A DNA stretch of 64,000 bases, taken from Octopus sinensis (Eukaryota). This document shows, piece by piece, positions 36,522 to 50,339 of the stretch. The translations under genes and the position numbers were made by a program. The DNA lies in contig NC_043003.1 of NCBI RefSeq assembly GCF_006345805.1, positions 63,240,001 through 63,304,000 on the forward strand, given 5' to 3'. The notes beneath the pieces were generated by a model. It saw only the letters and a program-made list of their open reading frames with translations. It was not told the DNA's origin and did no database searches. Every line of letters begins with the position of its first letter. Positions within the stretch are counted from its first letter, which is position 1.

Positions 36522-36999
36522 TATAATCAAAATAAGCAGCAAGGATATCCAAAGGTAGTGTAGTACAATCGTTTCATGCTACTTCATTTAATTAAACAAT
36601 GTAACATCAGTTTTAAAATGTGGAGCAATCTTCAACCACATATTGAATTTTAAAAATTAAATTGATAATGTTCATTTTTATACATATTCCATTTGCCAAC
36701 ATTACAAAGAGGGTAGGTATATAGACAGAGAGACCCATGAGTAAAGATCTTTTACTACCATGTTTTTACTGATGAAATTCATCTCTCTGTCTATATACCT
36801 ACCCTCTTTGTAATGTTGGCAAATGGAATATGTATAAAAATGAACATTATCAATTTAATTTTAAAAATTCCATATGTGGCTGAAGATTGCTCTACATTTT
36901 AAAACTGATGTAATACTTACATTGTTTAATTAAATGAAGTAACATGAAATGATTGTACTACACTACCTTTGGATATCCCTGTTGCTTATTTTGATTATA
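36522..36999. repeat. Foldback (arms about 212 bp, spacer 48 bp); each arm carries a hammerhead motif
   Basis: Arms are reverse complements; hammerhead motifs at 36559-36640 (-) and 36875-36962 (+). Confidence 0.9.
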
Positions 37000-37804
37000 A
37001 TCATCCCATTTGATTTATATGGATAATACCATACCAAATTCTGGTGCCTTTAACTTAAGTACCATATTCATCTGAATCAAAATTTTTGCTGAACTTATAT
37101 ATATATATAAACATACAGATATATATAAACATTGATATTTTATCTGTTATTTTTGTAATTTACAGAACCTAGCTGTTCTTTCTAGCGTGCTGAATTCCCT
37201 ATAAGTGGATTCCTTATGTGTTTAAATATACACTATATCGTATGACTAGATATATATAGGTATATGTAAATGTTGAGGGATATAGAGGAATGCAGAAGAC
37301 AGAAGGAGGAGGCAGGCAGCAGGAGTGGTAAAATGATTCAGTTGTCAGGAGTTGTGGAGGATAAGAGAGGGATGACATGGTCAGGTAGTCTGCAGGAGCC
37401 AGTCAAGGAGAAGAGCCAATTTCCTGGTTTCCATGGCATGTATTTTTTGCCCCTGGACAAGATGCCAGTCTGTCACAGAATTACTCACTTTTGCCAGCTG
37501 AGTGGACTGGAGCAACATAAAATGAAGTGTTTTGTTCAAGAACATAAAGCATAGCCTGGTCCAGAATCGAAACCACAAACTTGTAATCATGATTTTCACA
37601 CCCTAACCACTAAGCCATGTGCCATGCAGCTCCAGAGGCCTAAAGCATGGAAGGGTTGGATGAATCACCGTAATGTGGCTGGAGAATACAATACAAAGAT
37701 CATAGTTACAAATACTCCAGACACGACTACAACACTATCTATTATTAATGTATCTAACGATAATTAAAATACTATATTTTTGGTATGTTCTTTACAGCAT
37801 TTTA

Positions 37805-38175
37805 GGTGCAAATATGGTTATGTGGTTAAGAGGCTTCCTTCCCATCCATGTGATTGTGGGTTCAGTCCCACTGTGTGGTGCCTTGGGCAAGTGTTTCTAC
37901 TATAGCCTCTGGCTGACCAACACCTTATGAGTGGATTTGATAGATAGAAACTGAAAGAAGCCATTGTGTATATACATTCGTGTGAGTGTGTATTTGTCCT
38001 TTGCCACCACTTGACAACTGGCGTTGCTTTGTTTACATCCTTGTAAATTAGAGTTTGCCAAAAGATACCAATGGAATAAATACCTGGCTTTAAAAAGTTA
38101 TGTGCTCAATTGATCTGACTAAAAACTCAACACTGTGCTCCAGCATGGCCACAGTTTAACGAACTGAAACAACTC
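37805..38175 (+). mobile_element. SINE family B, full length
   Basis: GGGTTCAGTCCCACTGTGTGGTGCCTTGGGCAAGTGTTTC...CTCCAGCATGGCCACAG. Confidence 0.85.
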
Positions 38176-38295
38176 AAAAGGCAAAAGCTAAGGGATATAA
38201 CCGATATTGCTTCTTTCTTTCTGGTCAACCTTGAAAAAACATGACAACCACGGGGCAAACGTTACCTGCGTGGAAACAGTTGATGATTCTTATTT

Positions 38296-38518
38296 CTTAT
38301 TTCTTTATTGCCAAGGGGCTAAACATAGAGGGGACAAACAAGGATATTAAGTTGATAACATCAACCCCAGTGCATAACTGGTACTTAATTTATCGACCCC
38401 GAAAGGATGAAAGGCAAAGTCAACCTTGGCGGAATTTGAACTCACAACATAACGGCAGATGAAATACTGCTAAGCATTTCGTCCAGCATGCTAATGACTC
38501 TGCCAGCTTGCCACCTTG
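38296..38518 (-). mobile_element. SINE family A, alternative tail
   Basis: TTCTTATTTCTTTATTGCCAAGGGGCTAAAC...GACCCCGAAAGGATGAAAGGC...CAGCTTGCCACC. Confidence 0.85.
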
Positions 38519-39669
38519 AGTGATGATTGGTGACAAGAAGGAGTCATCCAGCTTTTGAAAATCTGCTTCAGCAAATTCTCTTTGACCCATTCAAACATAG
38601 AAAACTGGATGTTAAATGATGACAATGATGACGACAACAACAACAACAATGACGATGACAATGATGATGATGATGATGATCAAGAAGATTCCTCTTTATA
38701 CTCTTTGTTGTGTTAATCTTTATCGTTTTGGTTCTTCTTCTTTTGCATTTTACTTCAAATTTTTTTTCATTAAAATATTTTTGCAGCTCGGTCCATTGTA
38801 CAAGTAATTGTTACATTGGCTAATTTCCAATATTTTCAAATGGCTGTTTATGCCTTAAGGCCACATTTTATTCTAATATTCCAATATTTCTATATTAACT
38901 GTTAAAATCTCAAAAATGTTAAATGGAGGGGAGAAATTCAGATACAGCGCCAATTTTCTGTAGCAACATGATAATTCTTCCTTAATTTTCCTTAACAGCT
39001 GGCCATTTCTTCTTCTTCTTCTCTTTCTTTCTTTCTTTCATATTTTTTTTTTTTGTTACAAGCTTCAAGGGTTGAATCTTATCACGACCAGCATTTTCAT
39101 ACATGATTTTTCAGGGGTGAGAGACATGTGATGGGCCTCAAACAAAAACAGATAGAAAACTTCTTAATCTTTTGGAGAATATTTTGTCAAGTTTTGTTGT
39201 TGTTGTTGCTGCTGTTGTTGTTCTTGTTCTCTTCCTTCCCATTTTTTCCTTATCTTCAACTTTTTTGCCTTCTGCTAGCTCTACTTTCCAGCTCATCATC
39301 ATCATCATTGTCATTATTGATGTCATGATTTATATCCACTATTCCATGCTTGCATGAGTTAGACTCATTTGACAGATAGACAGACACCCTTCTTGTCAAT
39401 CCATTTTGCCTTCCTTACAACACAAGAGATATGAAGTACTTACTCTAAAACTTGAATACACATTATATTTTTCTGTTATATTTTTTGTCATTCAATGCTG
39501 TAGAGAAATGAAATCTACAAAGCAGTATTCCGATAATAAAGAATTTATCATACTGAAGTGTAAATGATAGATACCTGTGGTGTAAAAAATCTGTCATGCC
39601 AAGGAAAAGGAGTGGTAAAAGTGTATGCATGATAGAGGGATGAGAGATTCAAACATGCTATTGGAACAT

Positions 39670-39712
<43 letters not shown>

Positions 39713-39894
39713 ACAATTATCTGTGTGTGTGTGTGTGTAGGTAGGTCTATGTGAGAGAGTGAGAGGTATATGCATGTTTACACAACATTATTGTTTGTAT
39801 GTGTGTATGTGAGTGTATGTGCATGCAGCCTGTGCTACTAGCATTTAAGTCAAAGTCTCTTTCCTTTTTCATCTTCTTAATTCATCTATAGGCA

Positions 39895-40285
39895 CTGACA
39901 TGGCTGTGTGGTAAGAAACTTGCTTCCCAACTGAATGATTCTGAGTTCAGTCCCACTGCATCATCCCTTGGGCAAGTGTCTTTTACCAGAGCCTTGGGCT
40001 ATGGTAAAAGACACTTGAGTGGATTTGGTAGATGGAAACTGAAAGAAGCCCGTATGTATGTGTGCATGTACATGTCTTTGTCTCTGTTCCATTACCACCA
40101 CCCGACAACCGGTACTGGTGTCTTTACATCCCTGTCACTTAACGGTTCGACAAAAGAGACTGATAGAACAAGTACTAGGTTTAAAAAATAAGTCCTGTGA
40201 TCAATTTGTTTGACTAGAATCCTTTGAGGTGATGCCCTAGCATGGCCACAGTCAAAAGCTTGAAACAAATAAAAGATAAAAGAAA
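39895..40285 (+). mobile_element. SINE family B, full length
   Basis: TGGCTGTGTGGTAAG A-box, GAGTTCAGTCCC B-box, CCTTGGGCAAGTGTCTT CORE-like segment. Confidence 0.85.
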
Positions 40286-40559
40286 GATACATCTACTTCT
40301 CAAATGGTTCCAATCATAATCAATTATTTAACTATTTCACTTCAGCCATTTCTTTCTGAAATCCCCACCCTTTCTGTCTTCAGCTTTTCCTGGTTATTGT
40401 ATTCCCCCAACACCAACACTGTAGCTGCACACCCATTTTCATCCACTTTAACCCCACCTATATTTACATCAGATACCTCAATACAGCAAATACTTTACCT
40501 TCATGCTTAAACTCTACTCAGCCACTTCTAACTCTATACACACTTGATTGCCCTCTCAG

Positions 40560-41050
40560 TGACTATTTAGGGCAACCCACCTCACAACTCCCTAACAACA
40601 ACTCCAGCTCCCCTAAAATCTCTGGTATTTCATATCTTCCAACTTTATGTTACTATTCCTTATTAAAATAGTCTTTGACCTTTAACTCCATTGAAATAGA
40701 TAAGTGACCAAAACCATCGTTCTATAACTGTCTCTTCACATCTCTGGCACAAGCAAAGTTCTCAAACCCCAAAGCCCCAAATATTTTACCTCTAATCATA
40801 CAAATGCAGCATGGGTAAATAACATTGACTGTCTTACAGGATGTCACCAACCATTTGTACTGCTGCCTTTTCATAAAAAATCACATCAGCAAAGCTATCA
40901 AAAAAATGGATAGAATATCTTCACACATTGCCCAGACTGCAAGCTATCTCTCGTACCAAATTGCAGCAGATGTATTCTGGTCCTGTGCCAAAACATGGTC
41001 TATCAGATTTGTGGAACCCTTCAATCAATCTCTCCTCAATAAAAATGATT
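40560..41050 (+). mobile_element. Highly decayed LINE-like (CR1/L2-type) remnant
   Basis: Only weak resemblance (KISGISYLPTL; SDLWNP) to LINE post-RT motifs. Confidence 0.3.
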
Positions 41051-41095
41051 CTGTTAGCAGAACTTCCATTAAAAATCTCTTCATATATATTGGCT

Positions 41096-41591
41096 TCAGA
41101 TTTTTTGCACAAGGCTAGTAATTTGGTGGGGGTAAGTCGATTACATTGCACCAGCCCTCTAGTGGCACTTATTTTATCAACCCCAAAAGGACAAAAGATC
41201 TTGGTGGAATTTGAACTTGGGATATAAAGAGGTGAAATTCCACTAAGCATTTTGCCTGGTGTGCTAATAACTCTGCCAGCTCAACACCTTAATTCTTCGT
41301 ATCTATTACCTGCTTAGAGTACAACTGCTAAAAGAAATTAAATGACACTCTGTTGGTTACAATGATTGGTAGGAACGTTAGCACGCCCAGCGAAATGCCT
41401 GATGGTATTTCATCTGTCATTACGTTCTGAGTTCAAATTCCACTGCAGTCGACTTTTCCTTTTATCCTTTCGGGGTCGATAAATTGAGTACCAGTTACGC
41501 ACTGGGGTCGATGTAATCAACTTAATCCCTTTGTCGGTCTTTGATTGTCCCCTCTATGTTTAGCCCCTTGTGAGCAATAAAGAAATAAGAA
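41096..41591. mobile_element. Head-to-head pair of SINE family A copies: 41096-41290 (-) and 41365-41591 (+)
   Basis: Both carry B-box and Meta-like domain, in opposite orientations, about 75 bp apart. Confidence 0.85.
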
Positions 41592-41893
41592 TGATGGGTG
41601 TTCCAGCTGATATGATCAACAGAATAGCCTACTCGGAAAGTTATTGTGCAAATGGCTGAACAATCCACAAACACAATGTACCCTTAATGTAGTTTTCAGT
41701 GAGATTCAGTGCGACACAGAATGCAACAAGGTTGGCACTTTGAATTACAGGTAGAACACACTTTTACCAGATGGGTGGACTGGGGCAATGTGAAATAAAG
41801 TGTCTTGCTCAAGGACACAATGCACCACTGGGAATTGAACTCATGGCCTTACAATTGTAACCTGAACAGGCTAACCACTAAGCCACACGCCTT
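41592..41893 (-). mobile_element. SINE family D, long form
   Basis: Minus strand: GGCGTGTGGCTTAGTGGTTAG head, GAGTTCAATTCCC, CCTTGAGCAAGACACTT; body shared with 48505-48820. Confidence 0.8.
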
Positions 41894-41918
41894 CACAACT
41901 GCAACTGTAGATCAAATA

Positions 41919-42133
41919 TCTTTTTCTACTCTAGGCACAAGGCCTGTAATTTTGGGGGAGGGGGGCAGTCAATTAGATTGACCCCAATATACAGCTGGTA
42001 CTTAATCCATCGACCCCGAAAGAATGAAAGGCAAAGTCAACCGTGGCAGAATTTGAACTCAGAACATAAAGACAGATGAAATGCCGCTAAGCATTTCATC
42101 CGGTGTGCTAACATTACTGCCAGCTTGCTGCCT
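41919..42133 (-). mobile_element. SINE family A, full length
   Basis: Same modules as 1019-1233. Confidence 0.85.
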
Positions 42134-42254
42134 TCAAATATCACAACATAAAAACAACCTTTCCAACCTTTTCTTAAGCCACTTCAATCAATTTCACATC
42201 ATATAATGCATCCCTCAAATACTTTCCACTCCAACCAGTCTCACAACTTGTAAC

Positions 42255-42504
42255 CAGTGATTCTCAACCAGGGGCCATATGGCCCCAAAAAAGTCCACAT
42301 AAGATTTTGCTGCTAGCATTTATGTGCAGTAAATTTGTTATGCTTCTGCAATACAGGAAATCTTTTAACAATGTTTTAATACAAAATATTAAAATATAAT
42401 GGACTTTTTTTAAACATTGAATGGCTATGGGGGTTCAGCAGACTAAAATAGGAATCAAAGAGGGTCCATAAGCGAAAAAAAAAAAAAATGGTTGAGAACC
42501 ATTG
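42255..42504. mobile_element. hAT-type MITE (MER5-like TIRs)
   Basis: CAGTGATTCTCAACC / GGTTGAGAACCATTG. Confidence 0.75.
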
Positions 42505-42547
42505 TTCTAAACAGTCTCACTTCATACAACTTATTTTCTTCAATGTG

Positions 42548-42858
42548 AGTCAAGTGAAATCGTTGTTGTGGCTGATGCTAGTGCCGCCTGGCTGGCACCC
42601 ATGCTGGTGGAACATAAAAAGCACCATTCGAGCCTGGTTGATGCCAGTGTCCTCTGACTGACTCTCATGCCAGTTGCATGTAAAAAGCATCCACTACACT
42701 CTCGGAGTGGTCGGCGTTAGGAAGGGCATCCAGCTGTAGGAACCTTGCCAGGTCAAATTGGAGCCTAGTGCAGCCTCCCGGCTTGCCAGTCCTCAGTCAA
42801 ACCATCCAACCCATGCCAGCATGGAAAGCAGATGTTAAACGACGATGATAATAATGAT
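42548..42858 (+). mobile_element. SINE family C
   Basis: CACTCTCGGAGTGGTCGGCGTTAGGAAGGGCATCCAGCTGTAG...CATGCCAGCATGGAAAGCAGATGTTAAAC. Confidence 0.85.
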
Positions 42859-43624
42859 GACAATTTCTTTGAACTTTTCCTGCTTATCTTGTCATGTCAA
42901 ATAAAGCTACCCATGTAATCATTTGCAACTTTCAACAAGTTATTTGCTTTATTTGTAATATAAACTTACACACTACCTCCAAACCTTTTAATTTCAATCA
43001 TCATGGTTTTTAATGTTCACTTTTCCGTGAGTTGCTGGAGATTATTGATACAGATTTTCTACATATGGATGCCCTTCTTGCCACCAACCCATACTTTTTT
43101 TCCAAAGCCAGGTATGTTTTCACAGAATACGGGAAATGAATGGCATATATTTACAACAGTCACACAGTCTCTCTCTCTTATACACACATACACACATATA
43201 TATATATTATGGCTTCCACTCAGTTTCTATCCACCAAATCGACTCACAGTAATAGTAGAAGCTTGCCTAAGACATCATACAGTGGAACTGAACCCATAAC
43301 CATGTAGTTTGGAAGCTAACTTCTTAACCACACAGCCATGCTAGTTCAGCATTGATATTCAACATTAAATCTGTATATATTTTTAAATGGTAATGCATTT
43401 TCAATTTGCCAAAATCTTCAAATTCTCAACATATCCAAATCTTTTCATTAGAAATATTAATCATTTTACCAAAAAAAAAAAAAAAACCTTTTACCGTAAA
43501 CAAAACCCTTGAGTCAAATTTTTCATAGACTGAAGATTTCTCATTCCAGTTTTTCTATAACCTAGGCCTTTGTATCTAACTTTTCTGCAAAGAATAGCAT
43601 TTAATTCATCTATAGATAAACACT

Positions 43625-43737
43625 TTCAAATACATACATTCATACATAAATACTTACATACACACAAACACATATATACATATATATATATACACGCACA
43701 CACACATAAACACACATATATACATACATATATATGT

Positions 43738-43772
<35 letters not shown>

Positions 43773-44075
43773 CATATACATAATTATATATACATATTTA
43801 TATATATATATTTATATCTATCTATCTATATATATATGTGCATGTATATATATATGTATGTGTGTGTATACATACATGCATATAATATATATCTATATAT
43901 GTATATAAATATATATATATAAATGCACGCACACACACATATACAAATACATATGAAATGTATACACACATACATATACATACAAACACACAAAAACCAT
44001 GCATGCACACACCACACACCATGCACGCACACACCACACACACATGCATCATTATCATTATCATCATCATCATCT
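43625..44075. repeat. (CA)/(TA)n compound microsatellite
   Basis: Direct inspection. Confidence 0.95.
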
Positions 44076-45744
44076 TTACATTATGAGTTATTATGAACTC
44101 AACAAGCAGCTACTTTCATAAATAGAATTATTGAGTTTCTTTAAGAAAAGTTAGTGGAATGCCAGAAGTTGAAATAATTTTCAAAATTTGATTCAAAATG
44201 ACACAGCTTTTGAATTGAGTCAATAACCTAGTAACAAGTAATTCTGAAATCAATACAATTTTTGATTTCTAAAGCTAATTTGTATGAATATCTATATACG
44301 TTTTGAGTGACTGTCTAAGATCAAGTTTATTTGAACACGTATCAATCAATTCAGTTATAAAATTGTCTCAATATTATCAATATTGTTTTGATACTGTTTC
44401 TGAAATTTACCATGCTATCTCTTCCTTTTCTTATTTTCTCTCTCTCTCTCTTTTGTTTTGGCTTTTGTCTTCTGTTTCTTATTGTTTAACCTTTTTTGTT
44501 TTACTTATTTGTTTGTTTTCTGTATTTTTCTTTTTTCTATTTTAAAACTAGTGAACCAGAAAATTACAGACCATAAACATTTTAATGGTTTCGTTATTAC
44601 ACTTCTCTTGGGAGGTAGAAATCAATTGGAAGATGTAATATTGTTCTCAGTATCAACAAATATTAAAATTGAATAATAAATTGGTTAGAAGTTCAGTCTT
44701 GCTTTCTATTTCATCAATAAGAATTATATTTCTATATTTGCCTCCTGACTCAGTTATTATCTCCTTCCTTTGTAAGCGTGTGTGTGCATGTGTGGAGGGA
44801 CATAGAGAAGAATCACATTACATGGCGTACGGAATTATAATTTTTTTTTTTTTAATATCTCAAAAAAAATTTTCCTTACAGGTGTTCAGTTGATAAGTGT
44901 ATTGAAGGTTATTTTGGAGATTTAATGTCGATATAGTCAATATATCTATAATAGCAATATGATATAAAGTAACTGTCTTCCCAGAAGCATTGATCAAATG
45001 CCATCAACCTAACAATGTCCTTGTTTTGGTCTGATCTATAGAAAAGTCAAGAGAAAATGTTGCTTCTACACTTGACTGATGTTCTAAATAGGCTTTTATG
45101 GCTCTCAAGTCAGTTAGCCTCTTGTTCCGTATCATAACCCCTACCTTTCTTGCAACGCACACTTTAAAAATAAAAGTTTTTCTTTCTGTGCTGTGTGTCA
45201 CATGCAATTTCTTGAACTGGCTGTCAAACCGTTTTTAAAATGTTCAACATATCTATTTATTGCTCACTATATTTAATATAGAATTGCTATTCTTCAATCT
45301 TCCTGTTTACTGCTTTTACAAAAGAAAAACTGATGCCTGAGGTAAGTAATTTTCTTATAAAAACATGGCTTAAGCAATTCTTATAAATTCATATATAAGG
45401 TCTCTTCAGAAAATAATATCCAGTATGCTTCTTCATTGATTATATAGAATATGAAATTGTCTGTTAAGAAGTTTGTCAATGAAAGTAAAATCAGCACTAT
45501 AGAATATTGGTAATCTCTTGACGACTGAAGTGTGTGAAACAGGTTCAGTTCCAGATGGCTCCTTCAGACTACTTCACCAGGCTGGCTTGAGCTTGATACA
45601 TTACACTGTGATGATTGTGGTTTCGCCTCAAGTCAGTCCTAACCAAACAGACTTATAAAGAAAAATGTTTCTGCCATGACCATCCAGTCTGTTTTGGATA
45701 TCATTGCTTTGTAAATCTTTCTTTAAGATTATCAAGAGCTGTCA

Positions 45745-45940
45745 TTAACACGCTGGATAAAATGCTTAGCAACAATTCTTCCAGATCTATGTTCTGAGTT
45801 CAAATTCAGAAAGGTCAACTTTGCTTTCCATCCTTTAGGGAATGCTAAAATAAATACCAGTTATGTACTGGAGTCAATGTAATCAACTTCTTCTCCCACC
45901 TCAAATATTGCAGGCCCTGTGATAAAATTAGAAAGAATTA
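45745..45940 (+). mobile_element. SINE family A, degenerate
   Basis: GAGTTCAAATTC...CTTTCCATCCTTTAGGG...AATACCAG. Confidence 0.75.
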
Positions 45941-46504
45941 AGATATAAAACTGTATTTCAAAGTTGAGTTCCTCAGCAGAGAAATTCCATTTTCTTTTTT
46001 AATAATGAATTTCTCAAAAAACTTATAGAGCAACTTACACATAAGCTAGAATTTGGTAGACATTGGCATTATTACAGTGCTGATCATTGTACAAGACTGT
46101 GATGTTATGTTTCGCTTTGATAAGTAGTGGACTGTTACAGACTGGAAGAATTTTTCCCTTTCACCCACCTTGTCCATCAAATAGGTAGTTATTGAACTTC
46201 AGGTCTGTAAAACCAAAGTCTGTCTCTCTCTCTCTTTCTTCTATGCCCTCTCTCCCTGTTCCATTCTCTTTTTATGCTCCCACTCTTTCTTTCTTTCTCT
46301 CTCTCTCTCTGTATTACTTTGTCTTTCTCTGACACATGAGTCTTTTTTTTCTAATGAATATCCTTTTTGTTTGTAGCACTGCTATAATATACATTGTCAA
46401 TAGAACGAGAGTTATCGATGTTTAGATATGGATTTTCTTTTTCCTACTGTATAAAGAGCAACTGTAAATATATGTATATATAACTGTGTGCTTAACCTGC
46501 CAAT

Positions 46505-46546
46505 ATATATATATACATATATATACTCCTTGCTCTCTTTTATATA

Positions 46547-46577
<31 letters not shown>

Positions 46578-47185
46578 TATATTTACATATATATATACAC
46601 ACATGTATATATTTACATATATATATACGCATATATATATACATACATATATACATATACATACATATATATATACATATATATACATATACATACATAT
46701 ATATATACATATATATACATATACATACATATATATGCATATATATACATATACATACTTATATATGCATATATATACATATACATACATATATATGCAT
46801 ATATATACATATATTACATATACATACATATATATATACATATATATACATATACATATATATGCATATATATACATATACATACTTATATATGCATATA
46901 TATACATATACATACATATATATGCATATATATACATATATATATACATATACATACATATATATGCATATATATACATATACATACATATATATATATA
47001 CATATATATACATATACATACATATATATATATGCATATATATATACATATATATATATACATATATATATGAATGTATGTATGTAGACATGTATGTATA
47101 TGTGTGTGTAAATATACATACATTTATGTATTCATATATATATATACACACACATATATACATATATATATACATACATATATGT
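46505..47185. repeat. TA/CA-derived minisatellite (recurring ~28-bp TATATATACATATACATACATATATGCA-like unit)
   Basis: Direct inspection; source of the 195-233 aa YI/MY ORFs. Confidence 0.9.
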
Positions 47186-47329
47186 ATCATTCTCAGAATT
47201 CTATGATTGAGAATTGCCCTTAGGAAATGAGTTATGTACACACACGTGTGCGTGCTCAGAGATACATACACACACACACACATACAACACACACACACAC
47301 ATATTATAGATTAAGTTGTTTCCAACAAA

Positions 47330-47810
47330 TCTTGCTGTCCGAGTTGCCTATGTCTATGTCTCTGATGGCTGCTAAGGACAAATGTGCTGCTCTGTGTGAA
47401 TGACAACAATAGCAATGGTGATGGCAGAAGAATGTGGCAGAATGTTGCACCTCCTGATGGGTGACCATTATAGTTTGTGCAATTTTTCTCACAGCCGATC
47501 TCTCACCATCATGTCTTGTTGCTAGACTGGGCTTCCCATATCATTGGGTCAATCTGAGACATCTTCAAGGTGACTTTGGGGTCGTCTTCATATTACTCAC
47601 ACTGTTCACTCTACGACCAGTAGAGCATGTCCAGCTGGTTGAATAGGAGATCCTTCAAGATACCCTCATTGCTCATATGCAGCACATGCCTTCCCCAGTA
47701 CTGCTGTGCTCACATGGTGACAGGCTTTATACGGTGGTGTTGCAACATGATGAGCTCTCTTTGGTGGTGATGTTGTCCTTCCAGGTATTTCCACAGATCT
47801 TCCTGTGACA
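47330..47810 (-). mobile_element. RTE-clade LINE 3' coding remnant
   Basis: KICGNTWKDNITT...YWGRHVLHMSNEGILKDLLFNQL...TLKMSQIDPMIWEAQ resembles WKD.ITN..RW.GHV.RM...PK.LLF..L...ID...WE. Confidence 0.75.
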
Positions 47811-47811
47811 G

Positions 47812-48145
47812 TTACTCTTTTACTTGTTTCAGTCATTTGACTGTGGCCATGCTGGAGTACCACCTTTAGTCAAGCAAATCGACCCCAGGACTTATTCTAG
47901 CGTACTCTTTTGCCAAACTGCTAAGTTACGGGACGTAAACATACCAGCATTGGTTGTCAAGCAATGTTGGGGTACAAACACAGACATACAAACATATACA
48001 CACACACATATATACATATATACAACAGGCTTTGGTCGGCCCAAGGCTATAGTAGAAGACACTTGTCCAGGGTACCACACAGTGGAACTGAACCTGGAAC
48101 CATGTGGTTGGTAAGCAAGCTACTTACCACACAGCCACTCCTACA
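47812..48145 (-). mobile_element. SINE family B, full length
   Basis: Same modules as 2215-2625. Confidence 0.85.
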
Positions 48146-48504
48146 CAGTTGTATATGAAACTTTTTCAACTTCTAAGGTAGGAGCAGTACATGGTTCACA
48201 TCTCAAAGTAATAAACGAGGGTGAACAGAACCACAGCAGATTAGACACAACTCTTTCAGACATCAAAGTGATACTGTCAGACATCCAAATGATCTACTGG
48301 CCTCGCTGGTACCTGCCATGACCTTACCATTGATTCTAGTGAAAGTGTGTAGCTTCGTGGTTCAGGTTTTCAACTCACCATTGTAACTTTGGTAGCTTGA
48401 TTCCCAGTATTGCATGGTATCCTTGAGCAAGACACTTAATTTTATGTTGTTCCTGTCCACTCAGCTGGCAAAAAACAATGGTTGCAGCTGATGAATAGGA
48501 GAAA

Positions 48505-48820
48505 TCTGTCGGTTGCGACGACGAGGTCCCAGCTGGTACGATCAACAGAACAGCTTGCTCATGAAATTAACGTGTAAGTGGCTGAGTACTCCACAAACAC
48601 GTGTACCCTTAACGTAGTTCTTGGGGAGATTCAGCGTGACACAGTGTATGACAAGGCTGACCCTTTGAAATACAGCTACTACTCATTTTTGCCAGCTGAG
48701 TGGACTGGAGCAACTTGAAATAAAGTGTCTTGCTCAAGGACACAACGTGTCACCAGGAATTGAACTCATGACCTTATGATCATGAGCCGAATGCCCCTAA
48801 CTACTAAGCCATGTGTCTTC
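48505..48820 (-). mobile_element. SINE family D, long form
   Basis: Minus-strand head GGCTTAGTAGTTAGGG, GAGTTCAATTCC, CCTTGAGCAAGACACTT, then the conserved body. Confidence 0.85.
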
Positions 48821-48899
48821 TGATGATGATGAATAGGTAGCAATGGAGAAAAGCTACACCATGATTATTCATTTGAGATGGGTTGTGCAGGTCCAGGAC

Positions 48900-48901
<2 letters not shown>

Positions 48902-48981
<80 letters not shown>
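48902..48981. repeat. (TC)n microsatellite
   Basis: About 40 near-perfect TC units. Confidence 0.98.
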
Positions 48982-50339
48982 TCGTGGTCCCAAACATTGA
49001 CTGAAGGTATGGAAAACATAAGGAGGAGCCACTAGGGTGGGAACAACAACTGAGTGATACCTTTCTTTTTAGAGTCTCTCCTCCTCATAATTCTAGCATC
49101 ACCTGAGCTATTTTACTTACATCTGGATGTTGCTAGACGTTAAAAGTAAAATGGAAATAAATGCTGCTAACTTGATACCCACTTGCTTTTCAAACAACTA
49201 GAAGTTGTTAGTATAGCAGTTAGATGTAAGTGTTGCGCGGGTCAACATGGCATACTTTGGAGCTAAATCAAACCTACTGAAAATTCAGTACTTGGCATTA
49301 CCAGCCTGTTCTTTGGTAGTTTAAGTCACTTGTTTGCAGGGAAAAGCAGACTGGTTCAAAACTAACAAGATGCTTTTATAAAGAAAGCCTAAACCTCTAC
49401 TACCTATGTTGTAACTGATCTTTCATGCCCATTATATGCCATGTCTTGCTCAGTTTTTTCTTTTGCATGCTGTAGATTGTAAATGTCTACAGCAATCTTC
49501 TATGTCACGTGATAGTCGTAAATGAACATCACTGGCATACAAGCAATGTTGTCCATTCTTAGTCTTCAATGCCATCTGGCCATGGGGATATATCTGGAAG
49601 CAGGTGAGGGGTGGCAACAGGAAGGGTATCTTGTAGGAGAAAATCTACCTCAACAAATTCCATCAAGTAAGTTTGGAAAACTAGATGTTAAAAAAATGAT
49701 GATGATGTTGATAATTAATACCAACACTCATACACACACACATGCACATAACCTCACCACACACATACACATCTATATATATTAAAATAACCATAGGACC
49801 ATTTCTTGATGTTTTGAATAAATTTAATATGCATGTTTCAGGTGGTTAAATAACAAAATGTTACACAGATATCATTCTCTTCAATCATTATGAGTGAAAT
49901 CTATTGGTGCACTCGAAGTTGCCCCTATGTAGAGTAGAGTAGACAAAAAAGTCCTTCACTTAAAAAAACAACAACATTAAAACCTATAAAAAGAAAGTGA
50001 AAAAATATAGGAGAGACTATCTCCTAATATAATAATGAGCGTAGTGTTTTTATATATTTGTATATATATATATTTGTCCAGAATCACACCGGACATGGAG
50101 GAGGAGAGAAAATTGTAATTCAGTGAAGGAGAAGTAGTGAGAGTAATAGCCCTGACTGAGAGGGAGTGAGAGGAGGAAATAGCAATGAGAGAAAGGAAGA
50201 GATGATAGATGAATAGGGAAAAGTTGAAAAAAAATCAGCGTTTCAACTCTGTATGAGTATATGCATGTGTGTGTGTGTGTATGTGTGTGTGTATGTGTGT
50301 GTGTACAAGTGAAGTGTCTGAATGTTTGTATGTGTGATT

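Noticed and set aside
44882-44936. Strong acceptor TTTTCCTTACAG followed by CSVDKCIEGYFGDL, EGF-like in flavour and phase-compatible with the 32004-32140 candidate
   Set aside because: Stop after 17 codons, no donor, and the next Cys needs a frameshift; too short to distinguish from chance.
45282-45341. 60-nt segment with a perfect GAG|GTAAGT donor
   Set aside because: Weak acceptor, unremarkable peptide, and phase incompatible with the other plus-strand candidate.
46422-47298. Longest ORFs in the track (up to 233 aa, YI/MY/HT repeats; also 9782-10301, 43570-44073)
   Set aside because: Translations of TA/CA microsatellites.
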